64,000 bases of DNA, from contig CM060732.1 of NCBI GenBank assembly GCA_030704615.1, positions 60,574,001 to 60,638,000 on the forward strand. The letters run 5' to 3'. The stretch is from Takakia lepidozioides. Its lineage: Eukaryota > Plantae > Bryophyta. Shown here piece by piece: positions 62,666-64,000 of the stretch (positions are counted from its first letter, which is position 1; each line of letters starts with the position of its first letter). The position numbers were made by a program, and so were the translations under genes. The notes beneath the pieces were generated by a model. It was not told where the DNA came from, did not search any database, and worked only from the letters and a program-made list of their open reading frames with translations.

Positions 62666-64000
62666 ATTTGAACCCTTATAGCCATCCATTATAGCATACA
62701 AAATAATGGCCCGAAGGCCTTTAAGAAAATATAGTTTCTGAAATGTGATATGATAAATAACGTGATTGAATGGATTTTGAACTTATTGGGATGATGAAAT
62801 CTAAGGTTGAGAACAAGATATAATATATTAATATATAAACATGTTAAATTTTATTTAAAATAAAAATATATATACCATATTATTATATATTCATATTTAT
62901 TATCAATATTTAAAATAAACCTATTTAATTTTATATAGATATTATATTTAATATTTTTGAAATTTTTGAAATGTAATATGTTAAATAACTTGATTAATTG
63001 GATTTGAATTGGAATGATGAAATTTGAGGTTGAAACCATGACGTAATATAATAATATGTTATTATTAATTTTTATTTCATATATATTCTAAATTTATAAT
63101 ATAATATTAGTAAACATCTATATTATAATTCTATATGCTAATTATTATTATTAATTTTTAGATAAGTCTATTTATATATGTAGTTCATGTAATAAATATC
63201 TTAAAGCTGAAATATAAAGATATAACAGTAAAATATATATTGATTGAGTACATAGATATGTAGTAAGTGAAGATAAAATATGAATGATTCATACTGGATA
63301 TTTTGTTGGATAGAGTGATAATTGTGTATATGATAAATGATTTATGTCGTTGATAACTGATTCTTGTTGGTTAGAAAGAATTACATTTATATATATTTTA
63401 ATTAAATTTTTATTTTTGTTATTTTTATATTTTAACGTTATATTTTAACGTTATATTTTATTATATTCTATTATATTCTATTATATTCTATTATATATAT
63501 ATTTTATGATTTAACGTATACTACACGCTTGAATATTATATTTACAATACACTTGATAAATTTGTTGAAATGATGTAACATTCAAGTGACAGGTTGCAAC
63601 AATCCAAGAGGTGTAACTCTTTTTTATTTTGAAACCTGATAGGGGAAATATCTTTGAATATAGTCCTTAGTTTTTCTTTTCATGCCCGACCAAAGTAGTA
63701 GTGCTTCCGTATTGACCAGTAGGTCTTTTGAAAGTCCGGGTGTCCTCAGATTGGAACATTATGATTATTATGAATAATTCACAATCTCAGATCTGGGAGC
63801 ATGGGGACACACAACCGACCATTATAAAACAACGCCTCACCTCTCAAGAGGTATGGCCGATATTCTCTTTTTCAATGGAAGTCCTTTGGTTAGGAGACGA
63901 ACTCTTAAATGAGTCTTTGAAAAATCCATCGATCTCATATTGACCCTTGATGTATTCTGTATTAAATTTGGTGAAACGTAGCACGCAGAACGTATAGGAA

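Noticed and set aside
60900-63560. Very AT-rich tracts and short ORFs
   Set aside because: Compositional low complexity. Nothing structured apart from the hAT-like MITE.

Overview
Eukaryotic, probably bryophyte-type land-plant DNA (spliced RSS3-like gene, PLS-type PPR remnant, nested TEs; the host assignment is inference). There is one intact host gene, a 7-exon bHLH-MYC_N-domain (RSS3-like) gene at 6099-9913 (-). The rest is largely nested transposons. The main feature is two inverted copies (15336-26607 +, 36257-48310 -) of a Ty3/Gypsy-type retroelement with the order Gag(2xCCHC)-aspartic protease-C5 cytosine DNA methyltransferase-[TAG CAA CCA]-RT-RNaseH-DDE integrase-PHD finger. It has 4-bp TSDs and no conventional flanking LTR pair. 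Copy 2 has split direct repeats A1-internal-B1-GC-A2-B2 and copy 1 has A-internal-B. B+A reads like a normal TG..CA LTR (PPT before it, a self-complementary 'PBS' after it) that has been opened at an internal GACA-GC-TGTC palindrome, suggesting integration of circular intermediates. Both copies share an in-frame UAG-CAR-YYA stop between DNMT and RT (candidate readthrough). A second, decayed cargo system marked by a dispersed ~26-bp palindrome carries a ParB-like/amino-MTase-like gene (split by a CACTA and an inversion), two FCP1-like phosphatase remnants, a Pol II CTD-like repeat and a RINGv fragment. Also present: an L1-like LINE remnant, CACTA ends, MITEs and a ~0.5-0.6 kb-unit tandem repeat. 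All alignments and translations were done by eye.
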